This document shows, piece by piece, positions 11,414 through 22,332 of a stretch of DNA of 64,000 nt. Origin of the DNA: Blasia pusilla (lineage: Eukaryota); contig CM114271.1 in the NCBI GenBank assembly GCA_050084515.1, forward strand, positions 3,286,001 through 3,350,000, given 5' to 3'. The position numbers and the translations under genes are program-made. The notes beneath the pieces are model-generated. The model saw only the letters and a list, made by a program, of their open reading frames with translations. It searched no databases and was not told where the DNA came from. The first letter of the stretch is position 1, and each line of letters opens with the position of its first letter.

Positions 11414-12966
11414 GGAGTGCGGTACACAATGGTGGCCGCCCCCAACAACGTGCTCGACACATGCCCCTCCAGAGCATCAACAATAGGAGTCGTCGTACTC
11501 GATTCTCCCATCACCCTCCGTGCCTGCACACCAAAAATATCACCAACTCTCTAGGAACTCTGATCAAGATCCATCGATGGGGTCCTCATTGCATCTGACA
11601 ACGTGAAAGACTGAGGAAGCCTAGTCTGTTTCTTGGCTTCCCCTCGCTATGGATCCAACTCTGCGGCTGCTCCTCGCATCACAAACTGCGCCTTCCTCCA
11701 TCTAGGCAACCCCGCACATCCAACCAGGATCCTCCAGATCTCTGGCTGCTCCATATGATGTCGATGCCATGGATCTGGCATCGGGTAACCTCAATGCCAT
11801 AACGGCAATCTGCTCCTTTAGCTACTATATCTGAGCAGCCTTCCCAGCCTCACGTCCGGCGTCTCCCTCGGTGCGTCTAGGTGGTGGTACTCTACCTCCT
11901 CCACGGGCAGCTCCACTACCGTGTCGGACAACTCCAGCTCCTCGTCCCCCAATGGGACCACCTGGTGCACGATCTCTAGCCCACCCGGACCGGCTACTCG
12001 CTCTGATGCCCTCTCTAGCCCTCGGTCCGGACGTAACTCAGGATGTAAACTGAAAGACGTGGCGCGTGTATGACCATATCTCTAACAATAGTCACACTGA
12101 TAACCTCCTAGTGCAACACCATCTCCTCCTCCATGCTGAGGAACGTGTCCATGACCCTGACGAGTGCAACCGTGCTAATGATGGGCTCCACCACATGACC
12201 AACAAGTAATAGTAGGCGGCTGCTGCTGAGCCGCATATGAAGACGGAGGTCTCTGTAGCAAGGCTCCCTGAGCTCGTGGTGCCACAGTCGACCTATCTTG
12301 GAGTCCATGTTGTTGCACAAGTAGTGTAGGCAATCGTGACTGCTCTCGCCCAGAACCCATGGTGGCTACGCTCTCCTCGGCCATGTTGCGCTCAATGTTC
12401 TCGGAGGTCCTAAAAACACCTCTCAACGTAGGGGAGGTGTTCATAAGAAGCACCCCCTCCCGCACCCATGTCCGCAAGGTCCGGTCTAGCATCGCGTACT
12501 ATGACTGGATAGCCTGAGCCTCTACCACCCCGTGAGTGACATTGATCAACCAGTGCAAGCGAGTGTAAGCCTCACGCAAACTCTCACCTGGGCGCCTGTG
12601 GAAGTCGTGATGCTCCACAACTTCTCCGTTCATATCCCATGGTAGCTCGTTGTCAACTCAACAAAGAACTCAACCACAGGGTTGAACCTAGGACGAACCC
12701 AACTAAACAGTGCAACTGCTCCCATGCCAATAACCCCTCCTAAAACGTCACTAGTGGAAGAGCAAGTAGCCTCTCCTGACTCCTCCTCATCTAGGAACGA
12801 CTCCGTCCATGACACATAATGTGGGTCATAGTAGAGCCTCAATGCCTCAATCTAAGTGTTGGAACATACCGTTCCATGTTGTAAACGGGTTGAACTCTCT
12901 AGAGTTCCTGGCCCACTAGGAATCACACCAACTCCTAAACTCTACTATGAAATCGTGCAACTCAAT
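11414..12966 (-). pseudogene. gag of DNMT-gypsy copy B (5'-truncated)
   Basis: Homologous to the gag regions at 23097-24710 and 31270-32941 (EFRSWCDS, RPRFNPVVEFF, LREAYTRLH). Two degenerate CCHC knuckles (CWSCGGAHH, CDYC*RYGH). Confidence 0.8.
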
Positions 12967-13216
12967 CAAGAGAAGGTGAACAAAAGTTGCCAAGATAGAA
13001 GCGTCAAAAGAGGCCAACCGATGTAAGAACCTTGAATTGGGAGGAAAAGTGCAAAGAAGGTAGGAAGGACATCATATAAAACATTGGGAGAGAATCCCAT
13101 AAGCCACTTGGGGATCCCCTAGACGAGGTAACAAATGAAGCCATTCCACGTCTTTCAAAACTGCCTCATCCAAGAACTTTGAGACATAATCGATGAAGCC
13201 AGTTGGGACCCCGAGA

Positions 13217-14222
13217 TGTCGTGCGCCTACTCTCCTTGAATGTCAAACTTAGTGTTGCGGGAAGCGTTCGTTCAGTAGGGCACGCTCTCATCGCCAACTT
13301 GCACCCAAACGTGCTCATGCTATGTTGGCTTTGGATCAAGCGGCCTTCCAACCCACCGTGTCCTCAACTCGGCATCTCATCAAGCTCAACCTTCCCTCAT
13401 TCCTAGGTTCCCAACACGTGCAAGTCTTTCGAGACTTGGGACACACTTTCTGGTTAGTCAATGCACCTAAAATGGCGTTTGCGTGCCTAGTGGTCCCAAC
13501 TGTCCAACGGACCTCGCATGAGCCCAAACCAAGACTCAACAATATGAGTTGCAAGTTGGAATCCAATAGGGACCTCTAAGATCCCTCTATTGAACTTGGT
13601 TTGGGTTTTGAATCCCAACACCAACTCCCAATCCGTTCGGTGCCCTTGAGTTGCCGCACGGCGCCCAAAGTGTGGTTCAAGTCCCAAGCACTCTTTGAGA
13701 CCTTCCCCCTTACTAGAACTTCCGGGAAAATCCTTTGTTCCCCTACCTTTGGGAAAGACCACCCGGGCCCCTCTTTTTGGCCCTCAACTCGACTCCTCTT
13801 ATAGTTGGTTTTGGCACATATTTCAACCTTTGTGCAAGCGTTTGCCAAGATCTTTGGTACGTTGGAACTGTCTTGGCATAATATTTTCAACGCTACCTTA
13901 CTTGTCCCAAACTCGCCTTGGAAATCAAAGTTATGGTCAAAAGTACAGTCGGAAACTCCCAAACACAGCCCGCATGTCAAGTTCGGTTCTCACCCCTTGG
14001 CTATGTCTCGTCCAAGACTTGACTCCTCTCAAGTCTGAGTTCAGCATTTGGTTCTGGTTTCTTGGTCACGACCATAAATGCACGAAACAATCAAAACGCT
14101 TGCCTCGCTCGTGCTCGCCCTTTTGTTTTCTTAACTCCAAAGCGCAAAAAACCATCCTACCGTGAGCTCGCTAGAGTTCGGATTTTCCGCTTGGCGTTCA
14201 TTTGGTTACGAGGGTTGCGACA
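13217..14222 (-). repeat. Solo LTR of a subfamily related to the chromovirus at 4049-11408
   Basis: TGTCGTGCGCC...GGTTGCGACA, colinear with but clearly diverged from the 4049 LTR. TSD CGAGA/CGTGA; removing it restores GVRILGVP of the CRE RT. Confidence 0.9.
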
Positions 14223-15889
14223 CGTGAATCCTAACCCCTTCAATGTAGATAGGAAAATCAGGAATAGGTGAGGTGAATGTTGAGGGAAGGCATGAAGGAG
14301 ACCATATTCCATATTTACTAGGCTGGAATTTAAGGTTTAAGAAAGAGAGTTGCTCCACGAAATGGTTATGAGCAGGAACCACTTCATAAGGAGGACCTAC
14401 AATGTGAGTGTCATGAGCAATAGGAGGGAAAAGAAAAGATGGAAATGCTTGCACTAATCCTCGAAGGGAAAAAAATGGGCAATGGCAAAGAGTGGGCCAC
14501 CCGTGGGATCACCTTGACGTGTGCAACAAGCCGATTGTAGAATATTATATTCCCCAGAAGTATCATGATGAGAATAGATAATGGGCGTATCACACGCATA
14601 GAAGGAGCCAAAAAATGGAATGAGACTCGCAAGTTGTCCTCCTACACATTGTAACTCCTAAAAAATGGCCGCAAGAGAAATTCAGTTCAATGCGTTAGCC
14701 ACATCGGCTTGAATTGCTACCCATTTTGGATGAATATCGAGAGTGGAGTGAATCCCATGCACCACATACTCGCAACCTCTTGGAGTTTCCACTCCAAATT
14801 GACGAGGAAATAAGTGGGCACTAAAGTGAGGACGGAATTGCAAGCATAGGGATCGACTAACCAAGCGGTATAAAACCTCTTCAATAGCCAAAGGACGGAC
14901 ATCTGAAGGAGGTTTGTCCATAGCCAACAAACGACAAGCCCCTAAGAGCCTAGAGATAGAGAATGGGATATGACATGCCACAATATGTGCACACACCTTA
15001 TAAAGAGAGACAAAACCACTTGCCAAATCTATCGGGATAAAGCAATCGTGGAGATGCTCAAAAACCATCCCTGATAGCCCGCTTGCTGATAAGCGAGGAT
15101 CGAGTATGAAGAAAAGCCCTTGTGAAAACCTCCAAGTCAAGCTCCAAGCCAAGATCCATTGTATAGTCTTCCACAAAAGGTGGACCATCACATCTTGAAG
15201 GAGGGTGAAGAGCTTCTAAGAGAGCAATTGTTTCCGCACTCGGAAATGCCGGAGATAGAGGACCCAATGCTCCACGCGAAAACTCACCAACCTGCCCCAA
15301 AAGTAGACTTCGTCGAAGGCGTTGTTGTATTGAAGGCCTCCCATGATTGGCATGTTGAGTGGGATGAGCCGTAGCTAAGGCCTCTGCTCGAAGTACATGA
15401 TCATTCTAAAGATTCTCCCAATCCCCATACATAAAGCATTAAATACGTGAGGAGGTTTCACGGTGACCCGTCACACCACCCCTTGGAGGGAGGAATAAAA
15501 CCCATTGTGGGAAGAGTACTAGGAAATACCAAGCATTGAGATATGTGGGATCACGCGCTAACCTTTTAAATAGGAAAAGCAAAGCTTGTTGGGTGATGGG
15601 GCGAAGAGCAATAAGAATGCAAGTGTAGAGTCTAGGACAAGGAAGACCTTAATGGAAAGAGCAAAGGAGATCAATTTGGCTTAACCATATCCAAGTAGTT
15701 GTTGTGGGGAGTGCAGTAGGAGATGGTATTGGGTTAGGGATTAAAGCCCCATGCATGGATCGACAATACCGCTTATGTCTTTTGATCCCATTAGAAGCAA
15801 ACTCCCTACCACAAGGTATGCAACGAACCTTTGGTACAAATGCAAAAGTAGAAGGGTTACAAGTAGAGGAGGTGATAGGTGCAAGAGGT

Positions 15890-16424
15890 GGTGATGGACG
15901 ACGATGAGGGAGTAAGTAGGTTGGGGAAGAAGGAAGAGGAGGAAGAGGGGAGATAAGGGTAGAATAGATGGGACTTGGAAGCAAGGGCATAAATGAGATA
16001 TGTTGGGATGGCAAAGTAGTAGAATTCCGTAATAATGGATAAAGATTAGGCTCAATAGGACAAGACAAAGAAGGGAGGAGAGGAGAATTTGGAAGAAATA
16101 TAGCGAGTATAATGGGTGTATTAGTATCTAGACAAAAATTTCGAGATCTACGATGAGGAGGTGATGGACAACAATGAGGGGGTAAGTAGGTTGGGGAAGG
16201 AGGAAGAGGGGAGATAAGGGTCGAATAAATGGGACTTGGAAGCAAGGGCACAAATGAGATATGTGGGGATGGCATAGTAGTAGGATTCCATAATAATGGA
16301 TCAAGATTAGGCTCAATAGGACAAGATAAAGAGGGAGGAGAGGAGAATCTGGAAGAAATATAGCGAGTATAATGGGTGTATTAGTATTTGGACAAAAATG
16401 GCGAGATCTACGATGAAGAGGTGA
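15890..16424. repeat. Tandem duplication (units of about 270 and 260 bp) in the Pro-rich N-terminal region of the CRE-like element
   Basis: Units start at GGTGATGGAC (15890 and 16160) and encode repeated HISFxPLLPSPIYSTLISPLPP. Confidence 0.85.
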
Positions 16425-17362
16425 ACCATGGGGAGAGGATACGGCTGTAGGAGGGCGTGTAAAACCAGAGAAGCGAGTAGATAGAGAGATAAAACTCCAT
16501 CTCTGATGACATATAAGCAAAGGTAGGCAAGTTATCGAAGACAAGGGAAGATATATGAAACATGGTTTGGAGAAAGCATGAGGATAACGAGCAAAACAAA
16601 AGTAGTGGAATCCGTCCACTACTTAGAAGTTTAGATGGAGAGAAGAAGATTAGGAAATACCACATTTATGACTGAAGGTTACCAGAAGAAAAAGATAAAA
16701 ATCAATTGAAAAGGAAAAGTGATCTATATGGTATCGGAAGAGATGGCTCAAGAATATGAATTTCTAATGTCCTTAAGGAGATAGCAAACATATGTATGGG
16801 GCGAAACAGTAAGGTAAAGAGTTGAAAGAGCAAGAAAGACATTTGGGAGGAATTGACCTAAAACAAACCCATACAAAAAAATAGAAGTCTACGAAGAAGG
16901 AAGAAAAACTATAAAACCTACTTGGTATGAAAATAAGGAGCTCGTCAAGATGATCAAAACCGAACAAGTCCAAAACCGACACTCTAGGAGAAAGTTATGA
17001 AAGAAATTGGAAACACCAAAAAAGAGGATGTGAGGAGAAAGTGAGTTACCCACCAATGACTGCTTTGAGGGAATGAGTTTGTAATGTTGGGCCCAGCCCG
17101 TATCAAAAGATCGAGAAAAGCAAGAGGAATCCCTTAAACCAATGGTAATCCGATATCACTCTATAAGGAGAGCACTATGAGTGAAATTGCGTTTAGGAAT
17201 CTACGAGCAGATTTATGAGAGAAGGAGGTCCAAAGTTCCCAAGAACTTTGGAAAACTCAATCTTAAGTGGAAGTAGTAAGAGTCTATGATACGGTTAGTA
17301 ACAAACATCTATCTCCTTGACAACTATCCTCTAATAGTTTAGTTTCATCTAATCAAAGTAGA

Positions 17363-17544
17363 CTAAGCCGGTGCGTGCTATGCACAGGTTATACTTATTT
17401 TATTTTTTAATTATTTTTTAATCCTATTTTATCTCCCTTTCTCAAAGTGACACATGTTGACACCATAAGAGCCCTTAGAAGATAGGTGTCCATACCTTAG
17501 GAGATTTTCCTTGAACCCTATCCTCTTTTAATTGTATAGATAGA
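17363..17544 (-). mobile_element. Possible small non-autonomous Helitron
   Basis: Minus strand starts A|TCTATCTATACAATTAAAAGAGG and ends with a GTGCATAGCAC hairpin then TTAG|T (possibly CTAG with C>T). Confidence 0.4.
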
Positions 17545-17546
17545 TT

Positions 17547-18159
17547 TGTTGGATTCTCAACATCCACTTCTCTAAGCACCATTAATATGATTGGCCCCCT
17601 TGTATGAGGAGAAGCCTAGATTGATGGTTCCGACTTAAACGTCGAAGGAGTCATAGTAATATGATGTATGTGGTTTTAGGAGTAGCGTTACTAGGTTTAT
17701 CTAACCTTATATTGCATCAGGGTGCAGGGCACCTTGGTGCAAGATAATATCTTCGGCCTATGTGAATAATAACTTCGCCATATCTCTTGGTGATTCCGAT
17801 GTCTCCGTACACTACTTTGTATAATTGCTATCCATGAGATGTCGGTCGATGTTGAAGGTCCCGGATTAGTATACATTTGTATGGGTATTAGAGGAAGTCT
17901 AATCTTATATAAGTAAATGTTCATGCAGATACAAAAATATTATATTAATAGAAATAAAGACAAATAGGTAAAAACCCTAGTTTTCCCGAATAGTCAAATA
18001 GTCGGGAGCCGCAGCAGTAGCGCATTCTCGTATGTCGAGTTATCTCCATGTTCAGGTTCCATCGAAGCTCTTCTTTGAGCGCACGGACGGACTAGGCCAC
18101 TTTGTATCTCTAAGTTTTGTAAAGATTTCACTGATCTCGTCACTTTCTGTTTTCTCACA
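17547..18159 (+). repeat. Ty1/copia solo LTR (same family as 37584-38018) carrying a 188-bp insert
   Basis: TGTTGGATTCTC...TTCTCACA with TSD AGATT (17542-17546 and 18160-18164). Confidence 0.92.
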
Positions 18160-18582
18160 AGATTATCCTCTAATACTTAAGTTTCGTCTAACTAAAGTAG
18201 ATGAGATCAGACTATTAGACAAGTGTAATGGAGGGAGGGTAATTTTTGTTTAAATTTAGCAAAATAGAGAGGGTAATTAAGATCATTTTTATTTTTTGTA
18301 ATTGAATGAAAAACGATTTTTAAATGCTTCTATAACTTGTTCTACATATTTTTTATTTTTTAGAATTGAAAAAAACATTAAATTTTATGATTTCATGTAC
18401 TCTTTGTTTCTCAATTGTTTAAAATATATAGTTTATGTAATAAATTTCATTGCAGTTTTTTTGGGGGAAAAAAAGTGTAGAACAAGTTTTAGAAGTAGTA
18501 AAAAAAAGTTTTTTGATTCTAAGAGGTATGTATCTTGCATAAGTATGGATCTTGCGTGTTTTCCACTTTACAACATCATTAA

Positions 18583-18770
18583 ATAATATCTTCGGCCTAT
18601 GTGAATAATAACTCCGCCATATCTCTTGGTGATTCCGATGTCTCCACACACTACTTTGTATAATTGCTACCCATGAGATGTCGGTCGATGTTGAAGGTCC
18701 CGTGTTAGTATACATTTGTATGGGTATTAGAGGAAGCCTAATCTTATATAAGTAAATGTTCATGCAGATA
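18583..18770 (+). repeat. 188-bp segment duplicated at 17744-17931 inside the solo LTR
   Basis: Near-identical direct copy (ATAATATCTTCGGCC...TTCATGCAGATA). Confidence 0.9.
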
Positions 18771-20930
18771 AAAAATTCATTTAAATATTAAGAAATATCA
18801 ACCTACTATTTTCAAGCATACCTTCCTTTCACTTCCCTTGGAGTATAACTAATAAAAAAAAGTAACCTCCTTCTCCTCCTATTATAATATAGATTTACCA
18901 TACTATTAATAGTGAAAGATTTTTTATGGAATATTTTGTGGGAATGAAAGTTGACATTCGCTAATAGAAATAATGCCTTCCAAACCCTAAACAAAGAAAA
19001 GGTTATTTTATGGGGTTTTATCAAGCCTAGCGCATCGCATCACCATATAAAGTAATACTAGTATGAGAAAATGGAATAACAAAAGAGCCCAAAATCCATT
19101 CTCGGATCATATAAATGGGAAAATATGTTGACAACGTGTAGTAAGCAAGTAGCGAGGTGCTATTGGGTGGACTTTCTTGAAAACTTATTTTGGAATTTTA
19201 AAAAAAAAATCAATTCGGAAGGTTTACAAAATCAATCAAGAGTTTCCTTCTACTTAATTACTTTTTCATACTTGATATTATATAGGTACTCACATTTATG
19301 TTTGAATATGCATCACTTACATTCATAATACTTTTATGCTAATGATATGTAACTTGGAAGCAACTTAGGGATCATGAAAAGTATGTAATTTAAAATTAAC
19401 CTTACACATGTAGGAGTTTGATTGGTTGAAATTGATAGTTGTGAAATTATTATGTACGTGATCTTTGACGTTATGAACTCTAAATTTTGTCGTAAGCTTA
19501 GTACGTTAACATAAGGTGAGAAAATGATCTCTTAGAAGTGGCTTGGATAAATTGTGGCAATCCCCATGATGAACACCAAGTAAGACTTATCAAAAATCAT
19601 CACTATCTCAAAGACCATGCCATGGTAGATAAAGCGTAGGGGGAGATAGTATCGAGGCCTTAGAGGGGTCTTGTACTTCCCTATTTTGAGAGGTCATATG
19701 TGACATACTCTTAGGACGTGACCTACGAGTGTAGGTCACCCTTCCCTTTATGGAGAGTGGCAACCTTGGAGAGTTTCACCTTCCCAACCATGTATGGCTC
19801 CATTTGGACCTATAGGGTTGTGGGTTAGTTGCTAGTTGGTCTCATGAGGGGACCACATGTGTAGATGTTAGGGAGTTAGTACTTTATGTACTACAGGTTG
19901 GTAGTGACTTGCTAGGAGGGAGGTGACATGTGTGTACAGGTCATCCAAGGTGCCACGGGGGTATACCTCGGATGAAGTTCATTTGGAGCTCATCTCCTTA
20001 GGATTACAGATCCGTGTTGGGATCCGTGATACGATGCAGCTTGCATGTATAGAGCCTGGATTTTCTCTTGAAGAGTGGTCTAGGAGCGATCAATAAGGAA
20101 GATCATATTAATTTTTGGGAGTCCGTGTGTACACTTTCTCTTATTGTTACACTAGTGTGTATCTGATCACGAATATGGTTGTTTGGATGAAGTACGGTTG
20201 ATTGCAGATTCATGAGAGCCTACAGTGCATATTCAACTTTATATCCAAAGGAGATGCACCCTGGTTCTTAATAGAAGAGAACGTAGGAATCAATTTCTGA
20301 TGTAGAGCACAATTGTGATGTTATGGGATTTGCAAGAATTGCAAGCTAGAATATCTTGACCATGTGGGAGTACGCGGGACAAAATAATTGTTGAAATCAA
20401 AGTCAGATGTTCACAATTGAGAAATTTGTGCAATGCGACATATTTGACAAGATTCGAAGAGGGGGAGGCTTCTCAATCCTGATGGAGTTGCTAAAGAGTG
20501 GAGAAATTGAGGATCAGATTGTAGGAACGGAGTTCCTTGGACAATTATAGTGAGAAAATCCGTGTCAATCGTCACTTGATTGAGTGTGGGCAAGTCAACA
20601 AGTGCGTAGGCACTTCGTTGGTGATTTTGAGTGAGGTGTGCTTGATTCTGGACCAAATCGGATGAATGTTGGGCAGGAGGAAAATCAAGCAAGAAGCAAA
20701 TGTAAGGAGGGCAAAATGGTATTTGATTATGCAAGATTTTATGAGATCTGCATTCGCCATTGGAACGCTCACAAAAAACTGAGGCTGACAGTGAAAATGA
20801 GATCAGAAAAACATTTGATTTGAGAAAGATTCAAAAAAGATTCTCTACTACCACATAGATTCCCTAAGATGAGCAGATTACCGGTGTGGAAAGGGCGGGA
20901 GAGAGCAGCGATGGAGTTGTTGTACAAGAC

Positions 20931-22332
20931 ATCAAAACTTAAGTTCTGATAGCCCTTCTGTGGAAAAGTGAGAAAAGCGAAGAGGATCTTCTTATTCTAT
21001 CGGAACTCAAGTTCCGATACTCCTTGTTGGTGAACGTGGTTCAAGCAAAGAAGAGGTTATGTGGTACAACATCCCCTCATGTTAGAGGTTGGAAAGGTTT
21101 GGGTATCGCTAGTATGGAGGAACTAGCGCCACTAGTTTGGAGCTAGGATTGCTATCCACAAAGATAGTGGAGTTGAGGGAGGCATGAGAACTTAAGTTAT
21201 GATTCATGAGAGCCCTCCCAAGAGGCAATTTGGAGCAAACCGGCAAAGTGGGAATTGGAATTGAAGTTATGATTCAACAGCAAGGGCCAAGTTATCTGAA
21301 GGGCGCAATATGGCACGGTGCGGCAAGGGTGACAAGGAGCTGGATAAGGAATTTGAAACTCAAGTTCCATTTTGAGCATAGTTCCGCCAAGGCGTGGTTC
21401 AACTGCATCGTGGTCATCTCGATGGCATAGCAGAGATTGGCATAGTGGGAGTGATAAGGAAGCAAGGAGGATTTGGAACTCAAGTTCCAATTATATCTCA
21501 GTTGGAGAACAGTGGAGCGTCTCAACTTTAGTTGCCTACTACGGCGTGGCATAGTGCGACGACCTAGGGAAGTGAAGTGAGGAGGCAATTGGAACTTCAA
21601 TTGTGTGTCTTCTATATAGGAAGGAGTAGAGGATAGGAAGGAGGCAATTGGAAATCTAATTCCCATTCCGCTCCTTAGTTGTGTTGGGTTCTCTTTATAG
21701 GGAGGTGGAGAGGATAGTGAAGGCAATCAAAACTCAAGTTCTGATGAATCCCTTTGGTGCGGACCCAAAAAGTGAGGTGGGCGATACTCTTAGTTTCAAC
21801 ACGGAATTTGGAGGAAGGAGATAGGAATCGGAACTCAAGTTCTCATTTTGCGGATTATCAACTGGGCCGCGGCTCTTCTTCAAGTGAGGCAAGAGGAAAG
21901 AGGAAGAATTGGATATGTAGTTTCTATTTTGCAACTTGTTCAAGTGGGCTCGGATCTTTCTATCAAGTACGGTGCGGTGATGCATGTGAAGCAGAGAGGG
22001 AGGAATGAGTAATTGGAACTTCACTTCCAATTTCGTCATTCTTCTGTGAATTTAAGAAGGAAGGAGTGAGCCAAGAGCATTCAGAACTGAAGTTCCAATT
22101 CAAAACTCTTTCAGGTGAAGGATTTTCACACGCCCAAGTTTCAGACGAGTTTCCAAAGTGGCGCGATAATCGGATCCCAAGTTCCAATTGGGATAAATCC
22201 TTCCCCCATCTCTATCTCAAGGTAGTCTCTTTTGGTGCAGGCAAGAATCGAAACCCAAGTTCCAATTCCCACCTTGGTCTCCTGCGAATCCAGCGTTCGT
22301 GGCGCGGCACGAATCGGAACTGAAGTTCCCAT
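20931..22332. repeat. Dispersed array of about 16 copies of a 20-bp palindrome, consensus ATYGGAACTCAAGTTCCRAT, with non-repeated spacers
   Basis: Copies at 20931, 20999 (ATCGGAACT-CA-AGTTCCGAT, perfect arms), 21184, 21254, 21352, 21472, 21588, 21647, 21726, 21827, 21908, 22012, 22080, 22169, 22247 and 22313. Confidence 0.85.

Larger units (their letters stand above)
2110..12966 (-). mobile_element. DNMT-encoding Ty3/gypsy retrotransposon copy B, 5' portion (gag-PR-DNMT), split by the chromovirus insertion at 4049-11408
   Basis: Gag at 11414-12966, protease at about 3169-3770, methyltransferase at 2110-3000. The reading frame is continuous across the ATAAA target-site duplication (AATIVYRTPLFSTFDVMMLGG). 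Confidence 0.85.
12967..16620 (-). mobile_element. CRE-like (restriction-like-endonuclease class) non-LTR retrotransposon, N-terminal zinc finger plus RT part; 5' end uncertain, possibly up to about 17320
   Basis: CIPCGREFASNGIKRHKRYC zinc finger; RT motifs VRPLAIEEVLYRL, QFGVETPRGCEYVVH, QADVANALN, RQGDPTGGPLFA, IAHDTHIVG, GVRI|LGVP (split by a solo LTR). Ends at FDASILATFVHLL at 12967. Confidence 0.85.

Noticed and set aside
16773-16982. ORF starting MSVLDLFG as another methyltransferase motif I
   Set aside because: No FxGxG completion and no downstream PC or ENV motifs; low-complexity Phe-rich sequence.
18165-19060. Additional Helitron (TC start at about 18166, CTAG at about 19058)
   Set aside because: The 3' hairpin is unconvincing and there is no second full copy to define the ends.
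20931-22332. CRISPR array
   Set aside because: Eukaryotic TE context, degenerate 20-bp repeats, irregular spacing and no cas genes. Kept only as a palindromic motif array.
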